UHGV virus genome: UHGV-1372148
Direction: 5' to 3' (one strand)
From: a virus
Length of the DNA stretch: 44,945 bases
The notes beneath the pieces are model-generated. The model did no database searches and was not told the origin of the DNA. It was given only the letters and a program-made list of their open reading frames with translations. Position numbers and translations under genes: made by a program. Of the stretch, positions 1 to 10,248 are shown piece by piece. Numbering within the stretch: the first letter of the stretch is position 1; every line of letters begins with the position of its first letter.

Positions 1-514
1 CGCCACCGCCTGCTCCGCCCTTGGGTGTAAGGCTCTTTATCCATTCCTCCTCCGTACCCTTGTAGCCGTGCTTGACAGCTATCTCGTACGCACTAAGCCC
101 ACGCAAGCCCTCCAGCACGTTAGCCGTGACGGCCGTAGGGGTGTAGAGGACGGCGTCGCGGACGACGCGACACAGCTCGACGATGATCGTATAGTCGTGG
201 TAGCCGTCCTCGTAGGAGGGGTCGGCGAGGCGTCCCGTCGCTTTTAGCGTGTACACCCCGACGCCGAGGCTCTCGGAGATCTCCTTCGTGACCTCTACAA
301 TAAGCTGCCCCCCCTCGAGCGTGTATGGAGGCTCGGCGGATAGTGCGCCCCCCTCGTTCTCGATCCTTACGGCAAGGCCTTCAAGCGTCGCGGGATCGAG
401 AGGCTCGCCCGTCGGTTGCTTGACGAGAGCGACGGGGATGCGCGTATCTGTTCCCCGCTGTACCTGCTGGAGCGCCCTCTTTTCGCCCGCTCCGCATTTG
501 TCAATAGCTCGCAT
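1..514 (-). CDS. N-terminal part of a tail-fibre-like, possibly receptor-binding, protein. ATG is at 514-512. The ORF has no stop before position 1 and continues in frame at the right end of the window (see 43339..44945).
   Basis: Hand translation of the minus strand from ATG 514 gives 171 codons with no stop (MRAIDKCGAGEKRALQQ...GLSAYEIAVKHGYKGTEEEWIKSLTPKGGAGGGG). It ends in the same 28-aa SAYE.A...GY.G...EW..SL repeat that is found at 43339-44945. The codon phase matches across 1|44945. Confidence 0.55.
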   Translation of the reverse strand, partial: MRAIDKCGAGEKRALQQVQRGTDTRIPVALVKQPTGEPLDPATLEGLAVRIENEGGALSAEPPYTLEGGQLIVEVTKEISESLGVGVYTLKATGRLADPSYEDGYHDYTIIVELCRVVRDAVLYTPTAVTANVLEGLRGLSAYEIAVKHGYKGTEEEWIKSLTPKGGAGGG

Positions 515-603
515 ATATATGTTTTTTTTATTGCCGTGAGGCCGTGTGTCGAGGTGCAGACGCAGGCGGAGGCCTCACGCTCCCCACCCGCCCTGCTGTG
601 GAG

Positions 604-1044
604 TTACTTCAGCTTGGTGAAGTTAACGCCGTCATTCGTCGTCATCGCTTCCTGCTTCGGCATTTCTCCGAGCGGAGGGATCGCGACGTGTACCCACACG
701 CTCTGCCCCTTGCGTTCGAAGATGACCTGCTGGTAGCCTCCGCGCTTGCGGATAAGGTCGAACAGCTCCCGCAGTCGCTCGGGGCTCTTCGCTGGCACGA
801 TGTCAGCGGCCTGTCCAGCGAGGTGTTGGCTGTTCTTTACTCCGCCGACGTCCTTGTTAACTCTCCAGCTTCGGAAGCCCGAGGTCACCTTGATAGGCTC
901 GCCGAACTCCTCACGGATGCCGTCGAGGTAGTCCATCAGTCGCAGGAGGTCTCGCTTCTGAGTGGCGTTAGGGGTGTTGTCTCTGCCGAGGCGCTCGGCC
1001 GTTTGGCTTCGCGTCAGCTCCTCGAGGGTGAAATACTTACTCAT
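604..1044 (-). CDS. Peptidase M15-family (VanY / L-Ala-D-Glu peptidase-like) cell-wall hydrolase; putative endolysin.
   Basis: Motif SGFRS..VN..VGG...SQHLAGQAADI is typical of the Zn-dependent M15 peptidase fold. The gene lies immediately downstream of a 3-TM holin at the end of the tail module. Confidence 0.7.
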   Translation of the reverse strand: MSKYFTLEELTRSQTAERLGRDNTPNATQKRDLLRLMDYLDGIREEFGEPIKVTSGFRSWRVNKDVGGVKNSQHLAGQAADIVPAKSPERLRELFDLIRKRGGYQQVIFERKGQSVWVHVAIPPLGEMPKQEAMTTNDGVNFTKLK

Positions 1045-1047
1045 AGT

Positions 1048-1494
1048 CTATTCTACTTTTGCGAGGTTACGGACTTCGTTAAGTGCCTTTGCCAGCTCCT
1101 TTGCCAGCTCCTGCGTCTGCTTAGCGCTGTTTTTAATCGAGTTCGTGTCGTGCTTGGGGAGGTTCTCCCAAACGCTCCAGCCCTCGGTGGCGACCGCCAC
1201 GATCGCCCCAAAGACGGTCAAGTAGGGGAGCTCGGGGATCGAGATACGCGTCTCGAGGTCGATGATGAACAGTAGGACGTCGAGGAGCGCCAACACAGAG
1301 ATGGCGAGGTAGTAGATGAGGAGCTTACCGAACACGCGTCTAGCGGTGCTCGACTGGATCTTCTGCTTCGTTCGAATAGCCCGCATTATGCCCGTGATCG
1401 TGTCGACGATCACAGCGGCCAATACGATAAGCAGAGCTACAGCCATCATCGCAGCCATCTCCTGTGCCTCTTCGGGGGAAAAGAATTTAAACAT
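1048..1494 (-). CDS. Holin (three predicted TM helices).
   Basis: 148 aa with three hydrophobic segments (AAMMAVALLIVLAAVIV; LLIYYLAISVLALLDVLLFII; YLTVFGAIVAVATEGW) and a charged coiled C-terminal tail. It is 4 bp upstream of the peptidase gene. Confidence 0.65.
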   Translation of the reverse strand: MFKFFSPEEAQEMAAMMAVALLIVLAAVIVDTITGIMRAIRTKQKIQSSTARRVFGKLLIYYLAISVLALLDVLLFIIDLETRISIPELPYLTVFGAIVAVATEGWSVWENLPKHDTNSIKNSAKQTQELAKELAKALNEVRNLAKVE

Positions 1495-1519
1495 AGTCTC
1501 TTAGGTTGGTTGTGGTTAG

Positions 1520-4507
1520 TTAGTAGTTGTCGCCAAAGACGTAGAACGTGAAGTCGATGTTGCTGTACAGTGTGTTATCGTATCTCGTGTAGATCTCGAA
1601 CGAGTTAGCGGTTATTTTGCCAATCTTTGCGTTGTGGCGTCCGTTCCCTTCGTCCATGCATAGCACCGAGTAGCGCGTATGTCCGAGGTCGTGGGTGACG
1701 AGATATGTGCCCGTGCCTGTTCGGCTGATGTTCATTCGGTCGGCACGTGCTCCCCACTTATGCTTGAACCTTACATTACCTTCATCTGCGTATACTCGCC
1801 CGCCGAGGAGTGACCCCGACATATCGACGTCTCCCCTAACTTGCAAGACTGGCTTGTTTAGCTGGTTTGAGATACGCACGAAACGTGGCGTTGCCCCAAA
1901 CATACCGAAGAAGAAGAGCGCACCATCTTCACCGATATAGGTGCGTGAGCGTTCGTGTCGCGGGTCGTTGAATTCAAGTGTGCGGAGGTCTTGTGTGTAT
2001 GTGTTGGGTAGCTTGCCACCAAAGCGCATAGAGCCGATCTGTACGACCTTACCCCCCTCGAGGACTTCCATCTGCCCCCAGTGCCCCGTGCCGTCGTGGT
2101 TGATAGCTACGACGCGCGCCTCGTTGGGCTTGCCGAAGTTCGTAACGCCAGCGGCGAAGGCGGGGAGGTTAGCCACACCCGAGAGGTACGATGCTACTGC
2201 CCCTGCGTTGTTCTTTGCCCCGATAATCGAGCCGAGGATAAGCCCGCCGCTTATCTCCGTGCTACCCTCCCTAATCGCCGTGTGTAGGTAGTCGTTTGGG
2301 TAGTCGTGGAGCGAGCCGTCGGGATAGACGAAGCGGATAGACTTAGAGGCTATCACGCCGCTATTGAGATCGAAGTAGGCCGCGCCGTCGGGCGTCGCTA
2401 TCTTGTCCGTGCGGATCTGCCCAGGCAACACCTCGGAGTACCCGTACATTGCCACGAACGAGCGCTCGCCGTCGTTCTCGGCGTTAAGCAGGCCGAGGAG
2501 TAGCCAGTGCACACCCGCCTCGCTGTCGATACGTCGCGACTGCTCCTCGATGCGGAACGTGCCGCGCGTGCCGTTAGCCTCGACGCGTGCGTATATGTAG
2601 TAGCTCTTGTCGGGCTCGTCGAGGCGTGCCGACGTGATACCTTGGATGTCCCAGTACTTGTACTCGCTCGGCGCGTGGCGGGAGCTTAGCGTCGTGATAC
2701 CCATCGTGAGGTGCTGGATCGTCCCCGAGGGTATGATCAGCTGGCGCGTCTCCTTTTTATAGGTGACGTTGTGCGCGGCCTGCTTCGGGTTGGCGCGGTT
2801 GTCGATGAAGCGGAACTGCAAGCTCTCGTCCCCGACCAGCAGCTGCATCGTCTGCACGACGATAGGCGAGACCTTGCCAGTGAAGCCGTCGAGCGCTGCC
2901 TCGATGAGCGCCTCCGTCGTGCGCTTTGCGTCACTAAATCGGCGCTTAGTGAATTGCAGTGCCTCCTTGTGTCGCTCCTCGACCATTGCCTCGTCATCCT
3001 TAATCTTCTGCAGGCCACCCGAGAAGGACGAGCCGACGACGTCGTTCGATAGCTCGAGGATAGGCGAGTGCGGGGCGTTGACGAAGTCCTTAATACCGAC
3101 GATGCGGAGGAGGACGCCGTCGCGTGCGAAGCTGTCGTCGCGGAAGGAGACGTACCCTCCGAGGACGAGACGCCCGCCGATGTTAGGCCAGTCGCGCTTA
3201 GCCCATAGGCCGTCAAGCTCGCCCGTAAACGTGTACTTCTGATCCTCGTTCTCGTAGAGATGTCGGACGGCCTTCTTGAGAAGCTCCCACTCTGCCCCCG
3301 TCTTCGTCGCGTTATCGGCGATATAGGCCTGTGGGAGTGCGACGTGGAACACGGCGTACTTGTCGCCGCGCTTGGGTTTGAATTGCTCGCTCGGCATCGT
3401 GACGCCGTCGATCTCCTGCGAGATGATCTCGAAGCGCTTACCCGCCTTCTTCGGCGTCGTCTTGTGGTAGTACTTCACCTCGAACTCGCGCCCAGCGAGC
3501 TGCCCCGACTGGAAGATAATCGTCATCGTCTCCCCCGCGATCAGTGCCTTCTCGTAGTCGAGCGCGTCGGGGATGAAGATGTCGGTAATGTCGTAGAAGT
3601 TGCGCGCCGTATTGACAGCTACGACCGTGCTAACCTCCCCTACGCGGCTCGGGTAGATCTCCGTGGCGCTCACGCTATCCTCGGCGCGTGTCTCGAGAGC
3701 CTTGTCGGCTCGGCTGATCGAGAGCCCCTCGGCGTCTACTTTGTAGCGTCGTGCGGTGGCGGAGACGAAGCCCGCCTCACCCTCGAACTTAGAGCCGTCG
3801 TAGGCTATCGTCTGCCCCTTCGGCAGGTGCAGCGTCTTTGCGCCGTACTTCGCGGGGTCGATGTTGCGATCGCCGCCCTGCACGTATAAGATCTCCGTCG
3901 GCGTCTTGCCCGAGGCCGTGCGCCCGACGCCCGTCTTGAGGCCTCGGCCAAAGCCGTAGGCCAGTGCCAGCGGGTTGGACTTGTTGTACTCGACCTTGCG
4001 GAGCGAGATACGCTTGTCGGCGATCTCCCACTCGGTATCGAACTCCTGCGCCATCTTCCCGAGTGCATCCCAGCAGGAGTTATGGTCGTAGCTGACGAGC
4101 TTCTCGGGCGTCTCGATGCAGTCGCCCACCGTCCACCCCGTGTCGCGTGCGTTGAGGTTGGCGATGAGCATCTCGAGGTGTTCGCGAGGCGTCGCCGTTA
4201 GGGGGAACTTGAGACGGCCGTCGACGTTGTTACGGAACTTCCACAGCTTGAGGCGCGACTGCCGAGCCTCGAACGTCACCGTGTACTCGAAGTTGCGCGT
4301 GTGGTGCATCTTGATAGCCTCGGGATTGAGGAGCTCGTAGCGCTCGCCCTGATACTCGCACCACGCACCGCGGGGGAGTTCGACGTGATCGGGGAGAGAG
4401 TACTTGAGCGTCAGCGTGTGGTCGCCCTTGATCGCGCGGTGGCGGAAGCTCGCGTCGTCGACTTCGCCGTCGAGGAGCGTCCTGCCGTTGCTGTCGTAGA
4501 TAATCAT
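1520..4507 (-). CDS. Tail-associated protein (Tal / phage minor structural protein, tail tip).
   Basis: 995-aa ORF immediately downstream of the Dit-like gene and the tape measure. The TMP-Dit-Tal order is canonical for siphoviruses. Confidence 0.6.
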   Translation of the reverse strand: MIIYDSNGRTLLDGEVDDASFRHRAIKGDHTLTLKYSLPDHVELPRGAWCEYQGERYELLNPEAIKMHHTRNFEYTVTFEARQSRLKLWKFRNNVDGRLKFPLTATPREHLEMLIANLNARDTGWTVGDCIETPEKLVSYDHNSCWDALGKMAQEFDTEWEIADKRISLRKVEYNKSNPLALAYGFGRGLKTGVGRTASGKTPTEILYVQGGDRNIDPAKYGAKTLHLPKGQTIAYDGSKFEGEAGFVSATARRYKVDAEGLSISRADKALETRAEDSVSATEIYPSRVGEVSTVVAVNTARNFYDITDIFIPDALDYEKALIAGETMTIIFQSGQLAGREFEVKYYHKTTPKKAGKRFEIISQEIDGVTMPSEQFKPKRGDKYAVFHVALPQAYIADNATKTGAEWELLKKAVRHLYENEDQKYTFTGELDGLWAKRDWPNIGGRLVLGGYVSFRDDSFARDGVLLRIVGIKDFVNAPHSPILELSNDVVGSSFSGGLQKIKDDEAMVEERHKEALQFTKRRFSDAKRTTEALIEAALDGFTGKVSPIVVQTMQLLVGDESLQFRFIDNRANPKQAAHNVTYKKETRQLIIPSGTIQHLTMGITTLSSRHAPSEYKYWDIQGITSARLDEPDKSYYIYARVEANGTRGTFRIEEQSRRIDSEAGVHWLLLGLLNAENDGERSFVAMYGYSEVLPGQIRTDKIATPDGAAYFDLNSGVIASKSIRFVYPDGSLHDYPNDYLHTAIREGSTEISGGLILGSIIGAKNNAGAVASYLSGVANLPAFAAGVTNFGKPNEARVVAINHDGTGHWGQMEVLEGGKVVQIGSMRFGGKLPNTYTQDLRTLEFNDPRHERSRTYIGEDGALFFFGMFGATPRFVRISNQLNKPVLQVRGDVDMSGSLLGGRVYADEGNVRFKHKWGARADRMNISRTGTGTYLVTHDLGHTRYSVLCMDEGNGRHNAKIGKITANSFEIYTRYDNTLYSNIDFTFYVFGDNY

Positions 4508-4532
4508 AGCTCTGTCGTTTTGGTTAGTGTCG

Positions 4533-5399
4533 TTAGTTTGGCTCGCGTAGTATTACAAGCGTTATCGTCGTGTCGAGCCACGGGCGGTCGTCGGGATAGA
4601 AGGCCGTCACTTGTGCGCTCTTGTAGTAGGCTTGGTAGTCTCGGTTACCGAGGTCACGCACGCGGATCGTGCGCGCCCCTGGACGTGTGAGGTCGTAGAG
4701 CAGGGCGTCGTAGTTGCGCCACAGCTCGGCGAACGTCTCGGCGCGGAAGTGCAGGCGCATCTTTACTTCCTTGCTCTTTTGTCTCACCGCCCCCCGCGCG
4801 TCGCCTATCACGCCGTGCGCCGTGGCGATGTTGCGCGTCAGTCCGACCTTGACGTCGGCACGTCGTGCGAACTCGGCCAGCGTCCCCTCGGTGACGCGCG
4901 CGCCATAGTCGGTGAGCGTCCAGCGGTCGACGAAGTAGTCGTAACTCTTCGGCACGCCGCTTGTGGGCGCTCTGTATGTGTAGCCTTTGAGAGGGTAGTC
5001 GTCGGCGAACTTGAGCGTCACGAAGCCGAGCGCCTGCGCTATCGTGAGGTTTGGCTCTCCGACGAGGCGAAGCGTGTACTCTCTACCGCCGAGGAACTGA
5101 AAACGAAATACCCGATACACACTCTGACGGAGGAAGGCGAGGAAGGCCTCGATCTTGGCTATCGTCTGCGGTGCGCCAAGCTCCCCCGTCGCACCTATCT
5201 TGATCGTCACCTCGCGGCCGTTGAGCCTCGGCGCGGAGAGGTCGGCGTCGATGCCCTCCTGCTCGTGCCAGTCGTTAGCCTCGACGGGCTTCAGTGGGGG
5301 ATAGGAGAGGAGGTCGTTCAGTCCTGTCTCGAGCGCAAAGACGCCGAAGCGGGCGAACGTATCGACGCCGTCGACGATGATACGAGCCGTGGCCGTCAT
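4533..5399 (-). CDS. Distal tail protein (Dit-like, phage tail family protein).
   Basis: 288 aa, positioned between the TMP and Tal. The N-terminus (TATARIIVDGVD...FGVFALETGLN) is typical of siphovirus Dit proteins. Confidence 0.55.
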   Translation of the reverse strand: MTATARIIVDGVDTFARFGVFALETGLNDLLSYPPLKPVEANDWHEQEGIDADLSAPRLNGREVTIKIGATGELGAPQTIAKIEAFLAFLRQSVYRVFRFQFLGGREYTLRLVGEPNLTIAQALGFVTLKFADDYPLKGYTYRAPTSGVPKSYDYFVDRWTLTDYGARVTEGTLAEFARRADVKVGLTRNIATAHGVIGDARGAVRQKSKEVKMRLHFRAETFAELWRNYDALLYDLTRPGARTIRVRDLGNRDYQAYYKSAQVTAFYPDDRPWLDTTITLVILREPN

Positions 5400-5890
5400 A
5401 GGATGATAGCGCTATCGTGTCGACGTGCCTCTACCAGCGAGGCCTCGTCGTGGCGTGGTCTGACGACCGCCCACTCGTAAGCGTCGACGGAAGCCGACGC
5501 ACCGTAGACGGCCGTTATCTTGTGGCACTTCGTACGTCGATACTCACCCGTCGCGTGCGTGTTGCCTACGAGGATAGCGTCGAGGGCGTCGTGCAGGTCG
5601 ATCTCTCCCGCGTCGATGTACACGCCGCACGCGTTGGGCAGGGCGTCCTTATACTCTCGGAATAGCTCGAGCGTAGGGAAGCCCGAGAGGAGCAGGAACT
5701 CCAGCCCCTCGATGCTGTGGAGCTTCGCCACGACCTCGGCGAGTGTCGTCTCCTCGCCCGTGAATACGTCGCAGGCACGCAGACGGCGTGCGAGGAGCAT
5801 ATCGCCATCGAGCCGTGCCGTGCGCTCTGCCTTGTTCTTCGCCTCGCGCCAGCCGTTGTAGAGGCGCGCGATGATCTTCTTCTCGTCCAT
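5396..5890 (-). CDS. Hypothetical protein between the tape measure and Dit (unusual position).
   Basis: 164-aa ORF that overlaps the Dit start by 4 bp and begins 13 bp after the TMP stop. No recognisable motif. Confidence 0.45.
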   Translation of the reverse strand: MDEKKIIARLYNGWREAKNKAERTARLDGDMLLARRLRACDVFTGEETTLAEVVAKLHSIEGLEFLLLSGFPTLELFREYKDALPNACGVYIDAGEIDLHDALDAILVGNTHATGEYRRTKCHKITAVYGASASVDAYEWAVVRPRHDEASLVEARRHDSAIIL

Positions 5891-5902
5891 TGTGTAGTGC
5901 TG

Positions 5903-8900
5903 TTATTTGATCTTTATGCCCGTTAGCGCTATCTCCTCGAGGGTGTCGCTCGTGCGCTTTGTCGTTGCTTCGATGCGTGCCATACGAGCGCCGAGGCCGT
6001 TAGTCTCGCTCTCGATATTGACGATGCTCTGAAGGATGAGGCCAGTCGTCGCCGTCAGCTGACGCGTATGCTCGGAGATCGTGAACGTGTGGCCTTGTAT
6101 GGCGGTCATACGGCCGTTAAGCTCGTCGATGCTATCCTGCGACGCCGTGGCGATGCCCTTCTGCGACGGCGTGCGCCCCTCGTCGCCGTTAGCGAACTTC
6201 TTTAAGCTGTCGTCGAGCGCGCCGTATACCTGCCCGAAGCTCTCGCCAATACGCCCTATCTCGGTGGCCATTTCGGCGGCCGAGCTATTCACGGCGTCGA
6301 TGCCTTTAAACGCGCCCTTCTCATTGAACCACTTCGACTTGTACTTATTGAATAGCTCCCCGAGCTGAGGCTCGAGGTACTTCGTCACGAGCATACGACG
6401 TACTATATCGCCGACGATCTCGTTCGTCTTCTTGTGCCATCCCTCCATAGCATCCTCGCCAGCCTTAGCGGCGTCGAAGAAGGCGTTACCGAGTTCGCTC
6501 GCGAGGCTCTCCGCCGAGCTCCCGATGATCTTCTCGAGAGGCTCGTTCAGTGCCTCGGCCATTTGGTTGCCGATCTCGGCCATCTTCTGCTTGTACTCCG
6601 CAACCTTCCCCTTATCGGTCTTCTTCTTCCCCTGCTCCGCCTCGATCTGCTCCTTAATGAGGAGCTGCTGTTTAGCGAGGTTCTCGAGCTTCGCGCGGCC
6701 GTCGTCCAGTCGTGCCTCGCCGAGGGCTTTGTTAGCCGTGTAGCTCATCTTCGCGTAGGCGTCGGCGATCTTCTCTACGGTCTTAGCGAAGATCTCCCCG
6801 CGGTTGCGAGCGACGGCGAACATGCGCTCCCACGTGCTACCCGTTGCGATGCTCTCCTTACGGAGTGCCATCACCTCGTCGCGTGTCGATGCGTAGAGGT
6901 CGCGCACCTTCTCGAGCGCGTCGCCGTACTCGGCGCTTAGACGCGTCGCACCCGTATTGGATAGCTCCCACTGGAGCTGGTCGATCTCGGCCTGCAGGCG
7001 CTCGATCTGCTTCTGCTTCTTCCCGTCGTTGTTAAAGAGGTTAGCTATCGCCGTGGCGACCTGCAGAGCGGCCGATATGACGGCCAGCACGACGGAGGCC
7101 TTCTCGACCATCGAGACGGCCGTAGCGCCTGCCGTGGCCGCTGCCGTAGCGCCAGCCGAGGCACTCTGCACCGTGTCCGCTACGCCCTTTGCGACGCTCT
7201 TACCGACGTCGCCGACGGCTTGTATCGCCGACGAGGTAGCGTCGATGACCTCGCCCGTGAAGTCTACGACCTGCGCCAGCCCATCGGCTACGTCCGTCGA
7301 GAAGACCGACGCGAGGAGCTTTGCCTTACCCCCGACGTCTTTAAGGACGCCGCCGACGTTGTGCAAGCTCGTAGTGAGATTAGCGTAGGAGGCCGTTATG
7401 CCATTGCGCGCCTGCATAGCACGACGCACCGCCTTGTCGCTCTCGTCCTGCGCCTTCGCCTGCACCTTCTGCGCCGCGGCGAGTTTCTCGTTAGCCTCGG
7501 CGATAGCGGCGAGGAACTCGGGCGTGGTGTGATCCTCGTGTGCGTCCTGTACGGCCGTCTTCTCACGCAGCGCCTCATTGTACGCGCGCTGTGCCTCGGT
7601 CAGTCGCTCCTGCGCGGCGACCATTGCACCGATAGCGTCGGAGTATTCCACCTTGGCGCGTGAGATGTCGCGGATAGCCTTATGTAGAGAGGCAAAGGGA
7701 TTGCGCCCTGCGATCTCCGCCTCCATATTCTTAATGGCCTCCTGATAGTCCTTGATCTCCTGCGTGGAGAGGACGCCCTTGTTGGCCTCGAAGTACTGGC
7801 GCACTCGTCCGAGTGTGTACTCGAGGACGGGCAGTGCCTGCTTCGTCAGATCGCCGAAGACGCTCTCCCAGTCGATAGCCTTGCGGAAGCGCTCGCTCGA
7901 GATCTTCGACAGCTCCTCGTCCATCTTCCGCACGGCCTCATCTTGGAACTCGACGGGCATCGTGGCGAGGCGCTTCGACCAGTCGCGCAGTAGCTTATCC
8001 TCCTTGTCTTGTATCGAGCCGAACTCGTCGATGAGTGCGTCGTGGTACTTCTCTTGTGCGGCCTTGATAGCGCGCTCGCCGTTGGCCGTCACCGCCTGCC
8101 ACATACTATCGTAGAGGCGTGCGATCTCGGGGCTATCCTTCGCGACGACTTCCTGCCAGTCCTTCGTCGTGCGCTTCCCCTCGGCGCTGTTTGCCCAGCC
8201 TACCTCGGTAGCGCCCTTCTTGCTCATGTAGATAGCCTTCGCCTCGGCCTTGCGCGCCTCGGCTATCGCTTCGTAGCGCTCGTTAAGGGCTTCGAGCTGC
8301 TTCTTCGTCCCTTGTCGGATCTCGTTAAGCTCACGCGTCAGCCCCGCCTCCTGCGCGTCGATAGCGAGCTTCGTTAGCTCGTCCTGCGCCTCCTTTATGT
8401 ACTTCTTTGCGTCCTTCGCGTAGGCCTCGCGCGCCAGTCTTTCCTCGAGTGCTGCCTTCGCAGGGTCGAACGTCCTCCCGCTCGTCTTGCTCTTCGTCGT
8501 GGTAGGGTCGACGTGTCCGCCGATATTAGCCGTCTGCTTCGTCTGCTCGGCGGCGGCGAAGGCCTTGCGGTAGGTGGCCTCGAGTTCGTCGGCCTCCTTT
8601 TGTAGCTTCTCGATAGCGCGCTTCTTCGTCAGCTCGTCGCGAGCGTCGGACGTGTACCAGCTACCATACTCGGCGGCCTTCTTGTTCTTAGCGTCTTGGA
8701 GCGCGATATAGGCCTCGGTGTATTTGGATAGTACCGCCTGCGCTTCCGCCTCGCGGAGCATCGTATTCGCATAGGCCTCTCCCTTCTCTTGCAGTACTCG
8801 CTTCCACTCGGCGGCGCTCTTGTAGTAGCCGAGAGCCTCGCCGTACTTACTGTTTAGCTCCTTGACGATCTGCTTCTCCTTATCCTTCGAGCCGCTATAA

Positions 8901-10234
8901 CGCTCGAGCTTCGCTTGGTAGTTGTCGATCTCGACCCGCGCCTTAATGTAGGCCTCGTTACCCTTCGACGTGATCTCGGCCATCTGCTTAGCCTTCTCCT
9001 CGGCCTCGGACGTGGCGGAGGCGAGGCTCGAGAGCCAGCCGACAAGCTCGCCGACGGCGACGATGAGCGCGCCGATACCCGTAGAGATAAGCGCGGCCTT
9101 GAGGCCTCGTAGCGCTATCGAGGCGGCGCGCGTCGCTACGGCCTGCGCCGTCGTGGCGGCCGTGGCGATGACGGTAGAGCCTGCCAGCGTGCGTTGTGCC
9201 GCGACACCCGTAGTAGCCGCCGTGTTGTTAGTCGCCTTGCTCGCCGTGTTGGCCGTCGTGGCGGCGGTGTTGGCTGTCGTGGCCACCGTCGACGCCGTCG
9301 TACTGACGGCCTCTTCGGACTGCTTCACGGCACTCTCGCCGAGGAGCTTATTCCATATCTTTTTTAGCGAGTTGAGGGTAACGAGTGTGAAGGCGCTATC
9401 CTTGTTAAGGGTCTGCTGGATCTGCTGTAAGCCCATCGTGATAGCCATCACGCTCTGTACGCGGAGCATTATCTGCTGGAGCTTCTCATTCTCCGCGCCG
9501 AACAGCCCCATAGCGCCCTGCGCCACGGCTGCCGCACCCGACAAGCCCGACAGCCCCGAGATAACGCCCTGCATGCCTCGCTGGTCGTGTGCGAGGATGT
9601 TCGCCTGCGCCGAGGCGTCAGACCACGCGTCGGTAAGGCGCGCGGCCTCGGCCTGCAACGCCTGATACTGCGCCGTGCCTCGTTGCCCTGCGGCCTCCAT
9701 CTCTACGAGTGCCGTCTTAATCTCACGCAGACGCTGGCGGAGCGAGACGTGCTTCTCTCCCGCCTGCTTTGCCTGCTCTCCCGTCGAGCGCAGGGCGTTC
9801 TCCTCCTTGTGCAGCTGGTCGGCCGTCGCCTCGATCTCGGCGAGGAGCTTCTTACGCGTTGCGATGAGCTGCTCGACGACCGCCTTCTGCTCGCGCAGTG
9901 CAGCCGCGCCCTTCGTGTCGCCTCGGCTCGTGGCCTTGCGTTGCTCCTCGGTGAGGCGTCGATACTCGGCCTCCAGCTCGGCGAGGCCTTGCTTATTAGA
10001 CGCGTACGTGCGGTCAAGGTCGGCGAACGCCTGCCCCAGCGTCTGCACCTGCTCCGAGAGCTGTGTGATGCCCTCCGAGCCCTTGCCGACGACAGCGCCG
10101 ACGCCACCCGAGGCGGCCTCTGCGACCGCCTTGTCTATATCGGTGAGTATCTGCTTCGCCTCCTCGGCGTCGCGGCGTAGTTCGCTCGTGTCTATTCCTA
10201 TGCCGTAGTAGCTCTTCCCGTCCTCGCTGTTCAT
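5903..10234 (-). CDS. Tail tape measure protein.
   Basis: 1443 aa, strongly alpha-helical and coiled-coil in composition (A/E/K/Q-rich) with Gly/Ala/Thr-rich hydrophobic central segments. It lies directly downstream of the frameshifted chaperone pair. Confidence 0.85.
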   Translation of the reverse strand: MNSEDGKSYYGIGIDTSELRRDAEEAKQILTDIDKAVAEAASGGVGAVVGKGSEGITQLSEQVQTLGQAFADLDRTYASNKQGLAELEAEYRRLTEEQRKATSRGDTKGAAALREQKAVVEQLIATRKKLLAEIEATADQLHKEENALRSTGEQAKQAGEKHVSLRQRLREIKTALVEMEAAGQRGTAQYQALQAEAARLTDAWSDASAQANILAHDQRGMQGVISGLSGLSGAAAVAQGAMGLFGAENEKLQQIMLRVQSVMAITMGLQQIQQTLNKDSAFTLVTLNSLKKIWNKLLGESAVKQSEEAVSTTASTVATTANTAATTANTASKATNNTAATTGVAAQRTLAGSTVIATAATTAQAVATRAASIALRGLKAALISTGIGALIVAVGELVGWLSSLASATSEAEEKAKQMAEITSKGNEAYIKARVEIDNYQAKLERYSGSKDKEKQIVKELNSKYGEALGYYKSAAEWKRVLQEKGEAYANTMLREAEAQAVLSKYTEAYIALQDAKNKKAAEYGSWYTSDARDELTKKRAIEKLQKEADELEATYRKAFAAAEQTKQTANIGGHVDPTTTKSKTSGRTFDPAKAALEERLAREAYAKDAKKYIKEAQDELTKLAIDAQEAGLTRELNEIRQGTKKQLEALNERYEAIAEARKAEAKAIYMSKKGATEVGWANSAEGKRTTKDWQEVVAKDSPEIARLYDSMWQAVTANGERAIKAAQEKYHDALIDEFGSIQDKEDKLLRDWSKRLATMPVEFQDEAVRKMDEELSKISSERFRKAIDWESVFGDLTKQALPVLEYTLGRVRQYFEANKGVLSTQEIKDYQEAIKNMEAEIAGRNPFASLHKAIRDISRAKVEYSDAIGAMVAAQERLTEAQRAYNEALREKTAVQDAHEDHTTPEFLAAIAEANEKLAAAQKVQAKAQDESDKAVRRAMQARNGITASYANLTTSLHNVGGVLKDVGGKAKLLASVFSTDVADGLAQVVDFTGEVIDATSSAIQAVGDVGKSVAKGVADTVQSASAGATAAATAGATAVSMVEKASVVLAVISAALQVATAIANLFNNDGKKQKQIERLQAEIDQLQWELSNTGATRLSAEYGDALEKVRDLYASTRDEVMALRKESIATGSTWERMFAVARNRGEIFAKTVEKIADAYAKMSYTANKALGEARLDDGRAKLENLAKQQLLIKEQIEAEQGKKKTDKGKVAEYKQKMAEIGNQMAEALNEPLEKIIGSSAESLASELGNAFFDAAKAGEDAMEGWHKKTNEIVGDIVRRMLVTKYLEPQLGELFNKYKSKWFNEKGAFKGIDAVNSSAAEMATEIGRIGESFGQVYGALDDSLKKFANGDEGRTPSQKGIATASQDSIDELNGRMTAIQGHTFTISEHTRQLTATTGLILQSIVNIESETNGLGARMARIEATTKRTSDTLEEIALTGIKIK

Positions 10235-10248
10235 CTGTATTTACCTTG

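Noticed and set aside
249-736. Plus-strand ORFs 249-539 and 416-736.
   Set aside because: They lie antisense to the fibre N-terminus and the peptidase genes. They have low-complexity composition and no start context.
2737-3242. Ser/Arg/Thr-rich ORFs on both strands overlapping the Tal gene. Similar ORFs overlap other genes, for example 3805-4068, 7396-7578, 9703-10107, 24148-24405, 25310-25603 and 31898-32229.
   Set aside because: They are low-complexity, Arg/Ser/Pro-rich translations from the antisense or off-frame of high-GC genes, fully nested in long convincing CDSs with no promoter context. They are typical GC-rich shadow ORFs.
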